From assembly GCA_904063045.1 (NCBI GenBank), contig CAJFCJ010000007.1, forward strand, positions 2,363,404 through 2,427,403: a stretch of DNA of 64,000 bases, read 5' to 3'. A program made the translations under genes and the position numbers. Source of the stretch: Dimorphilus gyrociliatus. Lineage: Eukaryota > Animalia > Annelida. Shown in pieces: positions 12,368 to 25,454 of this stretch (position 1 is its first letter; every line of letters starts with the position of its first letter). The notes under the pieces are model-generated. The model was not told where the DNA came from and ran no database searches. It saw only the letters and a program-made list of their open reading frames with translations.

Positions 12368-12404
12368 AGTGTCCAGATTTTTTTTGTCAACTACTTTATA
12401 TATA
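12368..12404 (-). repeat. Right terminal inverted repeat of the Tc1-like element (outer end decayed)
   Basis: agtgtccagattttttttgtcaactactttatatata is an imperfect inverted copy of 11234-11273. Confidence 0.65.
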
Positions 12405-12660
12405 TCATCTGGTCTTATCATTCAAGATCAAAAATCTGTTGAGAAATATAGACGTCTGCCTCTATTTTTATCATAGTACTGTCTTCCTAAAAGATATTAC
12501 AAAATTAAACTACTTTTATCAGTTAAATTGCAATATTAGGAGTGATAACAAAGACCGAAATATCGATCGAGAAAATGTATTGACAAATGATCAGGAAAAA
12601 ACGAGTACAAACATTTACACGCTTACGTGCCTATATACGTATTAGTCAACTATTATGCCT

Positions 12661-15043
12661 TTAGTTTTCTACTTTGCAAGATAACCAGGATCTTGGTATT
12701 ATGTAATGCTTTATTCCGGTGTAAACGTTGGGACAAAGCTTTCGAGCGTACCATTCAAGAGAGTAAGTATACAGTAGGATACCTGTACCCATAAAAAGGG
12801 CTACCCACATCCCTATATTCCATTTTTGGTTTTTTCCTTTGATAAACATTAAGCCAAAACCAGCCCCCATGAAAAGAACAAATAGCACAGGATAGAAGAA
12901 ACCAAAACTGACAACTAGTATAAATTCATGGACAACAGCCGATAATAAAAAGACTGACGACATAGCTGCAGCTCTATTGTATTTTCCAAATATGTTGACC
13001 GCGTCTTTGTAGACATAAGTATATAGCCAATCGTGAACAACAACATTCCATGTTCTATAGTAATTAGAAAATGTCCTAGAATTCCACCAATCTCTGTAAA
13101 ATAGCCTATCGGCAAAAGTTAACATCTCAGCCCAGGCGTTCATCCAGGAGTGTAATATGGCAAAAAAGGCAATAAAAAGCATTAAACTTGCCGGCATCAT
13201 ACATGCAAAACAAGATGATACTAGATCTTTTAGGCTCAGATGTTCATTTGAGAATTTGGAAAACAATTGAGCAACGAACCTCAAGAAAATATAATAAACG
13301 TATAGCAAACAAGCAACAACCTGGGCTAGATTTGAGACAACATAATTCCAGCGAATGACCCTTGTTCTTGGATATTCATCCCTATAAACTAAAGTTGGGA
13401 TGAATAAGAAGTATAAGTATTTTGAGAAGTCCGGAATGATTCCCTTTTCAAGCGCCCTATCTAGATTTTCTCTAATAAACGCATGTTGTTTCATAATCAA
13501 ACGCACTTGCTCACAAGCGCAAACAACTGACGATGCTATAGGAAAACTATGACTATGGACGTAATAACACGGTACTACCATAAAACCTATCATATAAAGT
13601 CCATAAATTCCCATCCAAGGTAGATCCATTAATCTTAATTTTCCATTCTTTCTAAATTTAGCCCAATTTTGAAAAAATGGATATAAGAATGCCGTTGAAA
13701 ATGCCATCATGCACATCCAAAGACAAATTACAAGAGGTAGTTTACCAAATCCCCATATGATCAGCTCAAACTTTAATGATGTACTACTATTATCAAGAAT
13801 ATCTTTTACAATTGTATGAAGAGAGAATACAATTAAAATTGCAACGAATATATGATAGATTGATCTTATATGAGAAATATCCAATAGTTCGGTTAATACG
13901 GAACGTCGTGCAACAAATTGCTTATCTGGCAATTCTCCATCTTTTCTATCGAGTTTCCTGTTCAAAATAAAATGGAGAATAGCACATTATTATTATTTTT
14001 TTTTTGAAATATTCACTCATTAAATAAAACAAAACAAAAACTATAATAATTCAGATAGAATAGTAATTTTGAATTAAACAATTAAGCCGGTTAAGCGTTG
14101 AAACATAAAGATAGAAAGAAATTTTTACCAATAGGGTAAATTAATAAATTTAGCATCTTTTCAAAAGTTGAAAAGTACCAAATAAAAAAGTAATAATTTT
14201 TTTTTTTTTTAATTTTCTTTGTCTGACGACCATATATCGGATCATGTTCTTATCTTATCCATATAAGAGATATTTTTGACTCTTTATACTGTAGAAAGCT
14301 AAAACTAGGACAGCGAGGGCATTTATAGTACAAATGTGTCAATTGAACTGAAGGTAGTTGATCAATTATTCGTTCTTTTGTAATCAAAAAAAAAGTGTTA
14401 TAGAAAATGTGTAAGTTTTACTGCAAAAAGTTAGAATTGCATAGTTAAGAAAAGGAGGATATCTTATCTCCTTAGAGATATTTACTCACCAAGTAGATCG
14501 CCTTTTGGGTCAATGATTGAAAACACTTTTTAACTTTTTATAATAAACTTAGCGTAATAGTTATATTATATATTACTCCTATTGTGTAAATACAAATGCG
14601 ACTTACTTGTCAGCTGCTGCTAGAGACGCTTTTTCTCCGCGAGAGCCAACTTTAATTTGTTCAAGTTTTTCTAGTTCGATTAAGAAATCGTCCAGCGAGT
14701 CACTCAGCTTTTCATCAAGTGTCGATACTAAGTTAGCTTTAAATAGCTGTATTTTTACGTCGGAATATTAACTGACATCTAATTTCAAATCTTTAATTTG
14801 TTATACCTCGGCTCTATCGCGGAGTAATTGTAAGTTTCCATATAGAGAGCTTGTAATATCTATCTCGTCTTTACAGTTTGCGGCTTTAAGAAAAATGTAG
14901 AATTATTAGCTACTTTATCGAAACGCTATAGAATAATTTAGACGGATGCCAATCATTATACGTTATTTACCATTGTGATTCGAGTCAGTTTTTGGTGTAT
15001 TCCGTCGTCGAACTTCGTTGCTTGTTTCCTCCTTATCAGACAT
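12661..15043 (-). CDS. SOAT1: Sterol O-acyltransferase (ACAT/SOAT, MBOAT family); short 5' exons (start MSDKEETSNEVRRRN) plus main exon 13957-12661
   Basis: FLFIPTLVYRDEYPR, LHSWMNAWAEMLTFADRLFYRDWWNS, YYRTWNVVVHDWLYTYVY, SAVVHE (catalytic His). The exon ending GAC AA|gtaagt near 14607 joins cag|G at 13957 in phase. Confidence 0.95.
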
Positions 15044-15510
15044 TTTGTCCACAAAGTTAGTACTATAACGCGAATGGCAAAGGATTTCGCAACGTTTCTA
15101 TCCCCACCAAATAGAAATATGATCTATGGTATACTGGAACCATGAACCCGTCTTCAGAGATTTCCGGAAAATCCCTGACGTCATAGTCGCCATCCTAATA
15201 TTTTACTATCTGAATAATATAGTTATCACTAGTTTTAGTACAAATCGGTTGATGCTATAGGATAATCGATTGCGAGAAGAAAGATAAAGCCAGCTGGGGC
15301 TTTATAAGTACACCGATTTTCATTTGTTAATGATAAATTGGTAAGTATTTTCCATTGTTCTTCATCATTTACTCATTCTTTTTGCTAGTTTAAATCAATT
15401 ACGGTACTGAAGCATCAATAAATTTTGTTCAAATACTGTATAATTTTGAGATTATAATTTTATTATTTCGTCTAAAGCATCCATATATATTATTCGTAGA
15501 ACTAGTTCCA

Positions 15511-17105
15511 ATGGGTTCTGAATTAGAAGCGAATGAGCGGACGAGTCTTATGTCAGAATATACTGACGAACAGGACGAAGTAAGCATATATTAATATTAA
15601 ACTTGTTACATAGATTTAGCGGCGATTGTTCGCATAAAAGGCTATTGAAGATTCTGATAAAAAACCTCCCGAGAACGGTAATGTTCGTTTCGCTGCTATG
15701 GAAATAGAAAATGACGAAGATGAATTGGTAAAGAAGGTGAGAAAAAGGGTGGATTGTTGTGCTTACCTACTGTTGTCTTTACCCGTTTTACAAAGTTAAC
15801 TTGGCTTCTTTCTTCTTCTTTTTTTCACATATAACGCTCTTTTAACGAAACAGTATTTTTTACGAGAATGCTTTATTTATTAATTGTTCGCAGATGCGGC
15901 GGAGAGAGCAGAGAAGGGAGCAGAATCAAACTCTAACAACTGACAATGCTCTTATGATTGGCGCACAAAATATAATTCGACTCTTCGTACCAGTAACAAT
16001 ATGTATGATAATAGTGGTTGCTACTGTTTCGTCGGTCACTTATTATGCAGAAAACAAAAGTAATGTTCGTCTAATATACACGCCCCTCGAAGAAACCGGT
16101 ACCAGCGGAGCAAAACGATTTGGAATATCATTAGGAAATACAATGATATTTCTATCCTTAATAATTGTCATGTCCATAATATTAATACTCCTATATAAGT
16201 TCGAGTGTTATAGATTTATTCATGCGTGGTTAGTTCTGTCGTCCCTTCTCCTTTTGTTTATATTTGTTTACGTTTACTTGGGCCAAGTATTAGAAAGATA
16301 TAATATTCCATTAGATTATGTCACAACTATTCTATTTGTTTGGAATTTTGGGGTCTTGGGAATGTGTTGTATACACTGGAAGGGACCTTTACGCATTCAA
16401 CAAATGTATCATATTGTTATATCGGCTCTGATGGCTCTTGTCTTTATAAGATATCTACCCGAGTGGACATCTTGGGTTCTTTTGGCATTGATATCAATAT
16501 GGGATTTAATAGCTGTCCTTTGTCCGTTTGGACCTCTTAGAATTCTAGTAGAAACTTCTCAAGAGCGAAATGATACACTGATGCCTGGTTTAATCTATTC
16601 TTCAACGATGATTTGGTTCGTGAATATGGCTGATATTGAAAATAATCCAAGTGTTGAGGGATCTGAGAATCATTTAATTGCTGAAAGAGAAAACCCTGCT
16701 CGTCAAGCAGCAGCCGCTCTCGGATCTTCCCAAAAGGAAAGAAAGAGAAACTCCGTATCATCTCTTGAAACAGGAGAAAGAGGAGTCAAATTAGGTTTGG
16801 GTGACTTTATATTCTACAGCCTACTAGTAGGTAAGGCTTCTTCTTATGGAGATTGGAATACGACTCTTTCATGCTTTGTTGCTATTCTAATTGTAAGTAT
16901 TCCATTATTGAGAATAATTAGTAGTTTATTGATATATTCTATTCTGCAGGGTCTCTGTTTAACTCTACTACTCCTGGCCATTTTCAGGAAGGCACTACCA
17001 GCTCTACCAATATCAGTTTGCTTTGGATTAGTATTCTACTTTGCAACTAGTCAACTTGTTCGACCATTCATATCTCGATTATCTTATAAACAAATATTTA
17101 TTTGA
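15511..17105 (+). CDS. PSEN: Presenilin (gamma-secretase catalytic subunit)
   Basis: N-terminal ERTSLMS; LFVPVTICM; catalytic aspartates in [10 protein letters not shown] and [10 protein letters not shown]; PALP motif; C-terminus QIFI; last intron 16893-16949. Confidence 0.97.
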
Positions 17106-17608
17106 AAATTTGATATTAGCTTCACGACTTTCGCTAATCAAATTTAACACTTTTTGCTGATGAAACTTTTTAAAGAAACAGTCGTGTTTTTGTTGAAATT
17201 TAATATTTTCTATTATTGCCAAAAGCTAACTATATTCGAAATTTTTTTTTTAAAATTAATTTTGTTTCTGTTACAGTTTCTTTTAATAAGTATTTATACC
17301 CTGATGATATCCTTCGAGACAATAACATTTAACGTCAATCATCAAGAAAGATATTTTAGGATATCTTGAATAAAACTCCAGTTACCAAAGTTTATTTATA
17401 GAAAATTAGAAACAATAGTTGCTTTAATCTTTCTGAAAACTTTCCTGCTTTGAATTAGTTTTAAAAGTTCGAAAATCTGTTGCGCATGCGTTTTGAAAAT
17501 ATTTTCTGCGGTCTTATTACGTATGGTTGTTGTATAATATTCCCACGTGTTGTGAATCGTAAGATTCAGGACTATTCTGTGTATAACATTATAATATTGA
17601 ATCTTAAC

Positions 17609-18675
17609 ATGACATCTGTCAAAGCAAGCGATAATGAAATTATCTTAATTGGAAAAGTTCTAAATAATACCAACGAGCCTTTAAAGAAAAGATTTCGAGC
17701 TTTATTTACATTACGAAATTTAGGTGGAAAACAATCTATTGAAGAAATCAACAGTTGCTTTAAAGATGAATCCGAATTATTGAAACATGAATGCGCTTAT
17801 GTTCTAGGACAGATGCAGGATGAGTTAGCTATTGATTATTTAATAAAAATATTAGAAGACGAGAGTCAGCAACCTATCGTTCGACATGAGGCCGGTGAAG
17901 CACTTGGCGCTTTAGGCGATGATAGAGTTATGCCTATTCTAGAAAAATATTCTACTTGCTCGATATCCGAGGTAAGAGATTATTTGTGAAATTTCTTGCA
18001 GAGAATAAGATTATCATTTATGCAGATAGCAGAAACTTGCTATTTGGCTATTAAAAGGATAAGATGGCTTAAAGAATCGAAAGAAGAAGTGTCAGAAAAT
18101 CCCTATAAATCAGTAGATCCAGCTCCACCTTCGGCTGAAAAAAATATTGAAAAATTAACAACAACAATGCTGAACGAAAAAGAAGATCTATTTGAAAGAT
18201 ATCGGGCCTTGTTCGCTTTGAGGAATATAGGCACAACGGAGGCTGTTCTAAGCTTGTCAAAAGGTTATTGTTTAATAAAAAGTACTGTTTTAATTATAAT
18301 CGAAAAACTACTATAAACAGGTTTGTTTGTTGGAAGTCCGTTGTTCAGGCACGAAATAGCTTATGTCTTAGGTCAGATGCAACATGAAGCCGCTATTCCT
18401 TCCCTAGAAGAATCTCTTAGAGATCCATTAGAAAATTGTATGGTTAGACACGAAAGTGCTGAAGCTTTAGGTTCAATAGGATTATCAAAATGTAATAATG
18501 TCCTAAAAGAGTTTCTTCAAGATAAGGTAAAAAATATTTCTTTATCGCTGATATTACTAATCAAATCATATTTTAGGCTCGAGTTGTCAAGGAAAGTTGC
18601 GAAGTAGCTTTGGACATGAGTGATTATAACAGCAGTGGAGAATTTCAATACGCCAATGCTCTGCTAAGTACGTAA
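17609..18675 (+). CDS. DOHH: Deoxyhypusine hydroxylase, 4 exons
   Basis: RFRALFTLRNLG, SELLKHECAYVLGQMQ, VRHEAGEALGALG, FRHEIAYVLGQMQ, VRHESAEALGSI (four HE motifs); last exon ARVVKESCEVALDM...ST*. Confidence 0.97.
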
Positions 18676-19125
18676 ATAATGTCTAATCTTTAATATAAGA
18701 TATTTCTAACGAATAAAAATTGAAGCTTTTATTAGATAATGAAAAGTTTTATTGAACATTTTATAAAACATTACTCAAATCTTTGATTGAAAACAAGGGC
18801 TTTTTGATACTTATATGATACTTAAGTTTATGATTTTATACATTTTCTCACTTTTCCTTGTATTACAATTAGAAAGATAAGAGCAATACCATAGGCTTAT
18901 TTCAACTATCTTTCACCAAATTAAAATGGCTTAGTTTAAGATATTGTGGCACATAAAAATAGAAGCTAATGGTTAAATAATATCTGCTGTATTAAGTAGC
19001 GTTAGAGAGAATTAACCAGCAAAAATGTTCAAATATGGAATGTTTCGATTCCTTTTTGCCTGCGCTCTCTAAAAGTTCGGCTGGAATATTCTAAAGTGAT
19101 ACTAACGATAATTGCATAATTCAGT

Positions 19126-20384
19126 CTATTCCTTTGAAAAATTACGATTTTTTAAAGCGCTAGATAGCTCCGATTTGAACATTTCTTTCTGGCGAGAGTC
19201 TTGTTTATCAAGCGTTCTTAATCCATTTACAATATCCTTTGTTTTTCCAAAGTATATATCATTCATTGTGTTACGAATTTTATTTTCCATATCCTGAAAT
19301 TAAATGAGAGGTTCATAAAAAAGAAAGATGAAAAGAATTTATATCGATGATAGATCATAATTACCTCAACCATTCGCCCCATATTCACAATATGAGTTTG
19401 AACTTCTGAAATGGACAAATCGTCTTCTTTTTGTCTTGTAATTTGACCTCCCAAATGCATATTTCCTGATTTTTCTTTTTTTGTGTTCAACCATAGCATA
19501 GCGGTTGTCGTTAGACGATAATGAGCACTTCTGCCACTTGTTTTCTCTTGAATTTCAAACACATGCATAGAGTCCCATTGACCTGTTATCATTTTAGAGC
19601 CATCGCCTTGTTTCTTAATAAGGACGCAAGCTGCGAAACAATGATCCAGATCCCAGAAGTAAATGGAAGAGATACCTCCTTCGAAGTACATTTCTCTATA
19701 TTGATCGAAGGCAGAATTCGCTTCCACCTCCATTAACCTTAAACGTTCTGATGGAACTGTACCATCATCTAGGGCTGGGTAATATTTGTTAGACCAAGGC
19801 GATCTATATGAATCTCCATCCCTATTATAGTCACATATCAGAAAATCTTTTCCACATTCTGTATCTCTCATGACTTGAATTGGTCTATCTACGGCAGCTA
19901 ATAAATCTTCCAGAATATCAGGTACTAACTCTATTATCTTTTCTATATTATCATCCACTCTTTGAGGTGGAAGTCTTCTAAATAAGTCTAATGCCGAATC
20001 TAACTGATCGCTCTGAAAGATAAGCATATTTAAAGTAAAATACAAATTATGCAATTGTCAACAAAAAATCAAGCAATTTTACCTATAATTACACAACGAT
20101 TAATAACAATCTGTATCATACACATTTTCCTTAAAGATACGAATGTTTCACAAATATCCTAAACTTGCAATAGCTTTCAGATTATACTGTGAGATTATAT
20201 TGTGCATATTTAAAAAATCTACAATAACTTTATTGAACCGGTAGGTATTATTCAGGAAATGAATTTATCCTTTCCTTTTATTCTTAAAGTGTATCAATAA
20301 TCGCTATAAAGAGTTTTGTTAGTAATGCTACCTAGTAATTCTAAATGAGACCCCTATTATCACAAAGATCTTAATTCTCACCAT
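19126..20384 (-). CDS. CAPZB: F-actin capping protein beta; coding exons 20384-20382 (ATG only), 20012-19365, and a final exon ending 19126
   Basis: [54 protein letters not shown]; last exon [26 protein letters not shown]; ATG|gtgaga at 20384-20381. Confidence 0.97.
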
Positions 20385-20612
20385 TTTGCTGGAAAGGTTC
20401 AACTTCACCCCTCTTTACACGGAAAAACCGGATATTCTTTTATCGGAAATTGGTAGTCTTGGGGTGGTTCACCGTCTCGTTCTGAAGAGCTCAAGAAATT
20501 TTCGCGCTGCACCACTATCCACACTTTACAGATAGTAATGTGAACATAGCCTACTTTCAATTGTTCAATATTTATTAAATATTAAGGCGGATCGCATCTT
20601 AAGCAAGCATAA

Positions 20613-22315
20613 ATGGCATCACCAAAAACTCCTATTAGCCCAACTAGCCCTCGTAAGGCAAAGAAAGACAACAGTTTCTTGGAATATATCACTCTTGGAC
20701 GAAAGAAGAAGAACAAGGAAGGTAATCTCCTCGAATCCTGTCAATTTATTGCATTATGTTTACATTTTAATGTATTATCAATATTGAAAATTCAACAGCT
20801 GATGATCTAGACAAAGAGATGAGGGATCATATAGAAGAAATAGAATCGGGTGTTCGATGTTATGTTCCAGATCTGAATGAGTTAGGTTAGGCTTTTCCTT
20901 TTATTAAATGTTTACATTAACTAAAATCAATTGTAAACAGAGGAAGGAGAAGAGCGGTTAGTTGTTGAGAAAGGACAACAAAGTCCCTCTGTTCAAGAGT
21001 TAATCAAAGTTCTTATTGATTGGATAAACGACGAATTAGTCTCCTATCGAATAATCGTTAGAAATTTACAAGAGGATTTGTACGACGGCCAAGTTTTACA
21101 AAAACTTGTTGAGAAACTCGGTAACATACGTTTAGAATTTCCCGAGGTTTTACAATCGGAAACGGGGCAAAAACAAAAGTTAAGAATTGTTTTGGAGGAA
21201 TGCAATAGAATATTAGGCATGGATCAGCATTACGAAAGTCCTCTGTGGACAGTAGAAAAAATTCATGGTCGAGATATTATAGCAATCCTTCACCTTCTGA
21301 CGGCACTAGTTAGACATTATAGGCCACCCATAAAGCTACCGGAAAACGTCAGAATTGAAGGACATCTCTATAAGGTAAACAAAGACAATAGAATAAATCC
21401 TTTCTAAATTTTGGACTTTAACATCATATAGAAAGTGAATGGAGAATTACGAAGAGACATAAATCCAATAGCCGAACAACTTACTATGGAAAAAGAGTAA
21501 GTAAAAGAATATCTTTAGATACTATAATAACGAATAGATAACTAATTTTATCCCTTTCCTAACTATTTAGAGACACAACAGCCCATTACGGTAGAGTACT
21601 CTTTTTTTTTTGTCTATTTTACAACCATTTGCTTGATGAATAATTCTATAAAATATCTACTTCACAGAAAGAGACGCTTTTGATACTCTATTTGATCACG
21701 CTCCTGAAAAATTGGAAGTTGTTAAAAAAGTTTGTATTTTTTTTTTTTAAAAAAAATATATTAATAGGTTTTCTTTAATACTTCTTCTATGTAGTCACTT
21801 ATCGTCTTCGTTAATAAACACATGACCAAAGTTAACATACCAGTGCAGAGTATTGAAGAAGATGTAAGTTTATTAAAGTTTATACAATTATCTTTATAAT
21901 TATTATATGAACTCTTACAACGTAGTTTCATGATGGAGTGGTACTTGTCATGCTAATGGGACTTTTAGGAGGCTATTTTGTTCCTTTGCATAATTTCTTT
22001 CTAACTCCTCAGACTTATGAGGAAAAGGTTTGATAATTTTCATTAAAATAAAGAATTAATCCAAAATGTACGATATGAAAACATTAGGTTGCAAATGTTA
22101 CACTGGCTTATAAATTGATGGTAGATGCTGGTTTGCACAAGCCTAACACTCGACCGGAAGGTAAATAATTGAAAAAAGTTTAGAAACCATAAAAATTAAA
22201 TATATAAAACAATGAATGATTTTATGTTTATTTTGCAGACATTGTGAAAAAGGATATGAAATCAACAATGAGAGTTCTATTCAGTCTCATCAACAGATTT
22301 AAAAGTGTTAGTTAA
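20613..22315 (+). CDS. PARV: Parvin (two calponin-homology domains), multi-exon
   Basis: MASPKTPISPTSPRK; LIDWINDEL, LQEDLYDGQVLQKLVEKL; ERDAFDTLFDHAPEKL; final exon DIVKKDMKSTMRVLFSLINRFKSVS*. Confidence 0.95.
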
Positions 22316-22486
22316 AAAGGTTATAATTACAAAATCTTTATTGGTGCTGAGCTTTTAGTTAAATGGCTATTAGATTATTAGAATATTATTACTTTTTAAA
22401 TACTAATGTCAAACTTATATCCTGGTAATAAAAGCATTTTCAAAATAATCAGAGTACAATTTTTTGAAAAACCATAAAAAAATAGA

Positions 22487-23374
22487 TTAGTCAGAATCTC
22501 CTTCATCACCCAAATAATCTCCTGCATCCATTGAAACGGTAGTTTTTAACATAGCAGCTACTTCTGGTGTTTTTGCTAAATCGTAAGGTAATTTCTTATC
22601 TCTATTTCGAACGTTTATATCTGCACCACGGTTGAGTAGCAATTCCACCACCTTTAGATTTCCTTTAAATGCTGCCAAGTGCAAAGGCGTGTCGCCCAAT
22701 TTATTTTGTAGGCTATAACGAACAATCTTCAATAATGCAGTTTGTTTATTTACTTAATGACTTACTCAGTTCGGCATAAATTATTAGCCAATAAAACTTC
22801 AACACAATCAATGTGTCCTCCTCTCGCCGCCCAATGCAATGGAGTATTATCGGCATGGTCTGTTTAATAATTTATGATATTAGTCAAAATTATTCTAGCT
22901 ATTCATACAGTAGTTTTTCCGCAAAATAGGATAAAAAGCTCACCTTTTCCATTTATTGATATTTGATTTGCAATACATTCTCTTAGGAAATCAATTTGAC
23001 CACTTTTTGAAGCCTCATGCATGGGATTATCAATAGTTTCCAGATGATTACCTTTTTGTAACGTTAAGTTATTTAGTGATTTCTATTAATTGAAGATATT
23101 TTGCTACAAACCATCCTGAAAGTAGTTACTTGGTACCAGCCCTGTTCGATTACCACATCTACCTGAAATAAGCAATAATAAACAAAAAAATATAACAAAT
23201 AATCTTAGTAGAATTACCTGTCCACCAATTAGGATCAGTTCTATCTAATAAATACACTGTGTCTCCCTCTTTAAATGACAGCTCATCTCCGTTTCGGGCC
23301 TCAAAGTTAAATAGTGCCCTGACAACATTGATCATAGCAGGTTTCGATGTGGGAGGTGGAGGAGCTTTTCTCAT
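22487..23374 (-). CDS. OSTF1: Osteoclast-stimulating factor 1 (Pro-rich, SH3, ankyrin repeats)
   Basis: APPPPTSKP, VVRALFNFEARNGDELSFKEGD..WW (SH3); NKLGDTPLHLAAFKGNLKVVELLL (ANK); acidic tail DYLGDEGDSD*. Confidence 0.93.
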
Positions 23375-23671
23375 CGTAAAATTTCTTGTGATTCTTCCTT
23401 GTTTAGAATTTGCTTAATATCGCTCGCTAACGGCTTGTTCTGAAAGGTACAAGTTTCGTTTCGTAAAAACTGTATGTATTAAAACTAAAAGTTGTACATT
23501 TGACCAGTAATATTTTTAGAATGTGAAACTTTCTCTCTCATTTGGACAAAGAGAATTGTGAAATAGACCGGTTTCCGGTTCCTGCAGTACCCGATTAGAT
23601 AGTTTTTAAAATTATAATAAATAAGTTTATTAGCGTTAATTTGTCTTTTACTTAAAAGAAACATATCAAAA

Positions 23672-25454
23672 ATGAGTCTCATTATAACAAACATCCTCTT
23701 GTTATTGACCATCTCGTGTTCGGCATTAAAGGAGGCTGATTTAAATATAAACGAAAAAAATTTTCAAGACGGCAGAAATCGCTTCGAAATGTACAAAAGG
23801 TATACGGACTTTGACAGTCCTGAATATAGCGAATGCTATACTGATGCCTTAGAATCACTTAATATTGGATGTAAATACTTAACTGATGATATACAACATA
23901 GACTGGCTTTCAAATTTTTTGATTGTTTCCGAGAGAAGTTGGGAAGAGATTTAATAAATTGCAAAGAAGATGAAGATATCAAAGATTGCTATAAGAGAGT
24001 GGGAAAGGATTCCGATTATACCGATTTCTTTACTCACACGAACAACATGTGCTACTTTCTTCAATCTCAAATCTGGTATAGAAATGTGAATAAGGCAACT
24101 TCACGACTTATCGAAAAATCTCAAGACATTGGTCAACAGCTTGAAGATTCTCGACTAAAACAGAAAGAATTAATTGATCTTCAAGAAAAGCAAATTAATA
24201 GTGGAAAAGAAGTAAAATACCTTATTGAAACAGCAGGAGACGGGGTATCAAAGCTTATGACTGACTTTCGTGAAAATACCTTCGAGCAGAGGAATATGAT
24301 TGGAGAAATCTTTGAGAAAATATCTTCGTTCCAACGTCTCTTCTTTACTGAGAGCTCTTGGTTATACTCAATGGTATATTATTCCGCAACAATGTTCTTA
24401 TCCTATCTATTAACGTCAACGAAGAAAACTAGCTCCTCAAGATTTTGGATATTTTCAATTTTCATTATGGGTCTTATGAGCGAATATTTTTTAACTTACA
24501 TATCAAATTCGGGACTCATTTTCGATTCTCATGTACCTGAAATTTTCCATAAGAAAATAAGCTTTATCCGTGGTATATTTGCAAGTGTAGCCATTATCGT
24601 ATGGGCGATTATGGCATATAGATTTCAAGACATGGATAAAGTCAATAATCAACTACTATTAAAGATTCAAGAACAGAATGAGCAATTAAAATTTCTGCTT
24701 CAAAATGGTAGATTATATCTTAAATAATAAATATATATTGATAATATTATGAATTTCTACAGGCAGAATTTCCAATGGACATATTTCTAGTGAACATAAT
24801 TTTGTTTTCGACACACCGGAGAAATTAAAAATTAGTAATGTTGTAGAGCATCATGAAGAGGAAGTTGAGAAAGAAGCTGCCTTGGATGAAGAAGGTAAGC
24901 TTACAAAATTATCATATTTTAGTCTACGAGATAATGTTTATTTGTAAGATCGTTAACCTTTTAATAATTTTACAAAGAAGATACTGGCGAGTCCAGTTCA
25001 AGCGATGAAGAAGATCCAACTATTAGCTTTTCGTCAAGCAGTAACCGCTCGACTCCCTCGTGCAGTAGAGCGTCTACTCCATTCTCTTTCATCGACCAGG
25101 AGGAAATAAAATCCCTGACGGAATCAACTCCTATGAGGCAACTGGCCAAAGAAGGTAATTGAATGTTTTCCCCAGTGAAACAAACTAAATTTATGATCAA
25201 TACAGCTAAACTTCAAAAAAGATGGTCTTCACCCGTAGACAATGTAAGTTTGTCAACTCGTTTGGTGGATATTTATTTCATTTGAAATGTAATTTTAGAG
25301 CTCAAGCCATAGATACAACTTGCGTCGGAGGACATCGATAAACTATAGGGATATGCTTACGGGAGAATCCGACAGAGAATTTAGAAAGAGAATTCAAGAA
25401 GCTGCAAAGAAATCGTACGAAAACTCTCAAGAATTTCGGAAGCGGTTCAAATAA
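23672..25454 (+). CDS. bmb: Brambleberry / Kar5 / GEX1-family nuclear-envelope fusion protein; large first exon 23672-24707 plus small 3' exons
   Basis: Signal peptide; Cys-rich domain SECYTDALESLNIGCKYLTDDIQHRLAFKFFDCF...C....C; coiled coil; three hydrophobic segments; spliced tail with S/T-P sites and HRYNLRRR, stop 25452-25454. Confidence 0.85.

Larger units (their letters stand above)
11234..12404 (-). mobile_element. Degenerate Tc1/mariner-family DNA transposon; transposase N-terminus 12066-11707, frameshifted catalytic remnant below
   Basis: Paired-like HTH (VRATARALGMAPSTVSNIL), GRRKLF linker, second HTH (VSTRTIQRELKR); remnant RVIFKDESRISL near 11630-11680 after a frameshift; TA|CAGT at 11232-11237; degenerate terminal inverted repeats. 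Confidence 0.85.

Noticed and set aside
14230-14545. Possible alternative promoter and exons in the long SOAT1 intron (TATA-like sequence, gtgagt donor at 14489)
   Set aside because: Could not build an in-frame product; AT-rich DNA gives such motifs by chance
18985-19100. Possible alternative CAPZB C-terminal exon (beta1/beta2-like)
   Set aside because: An acceptor-like site exists but there is no matching donor after NGLR and no similarity to a capping-protein tail
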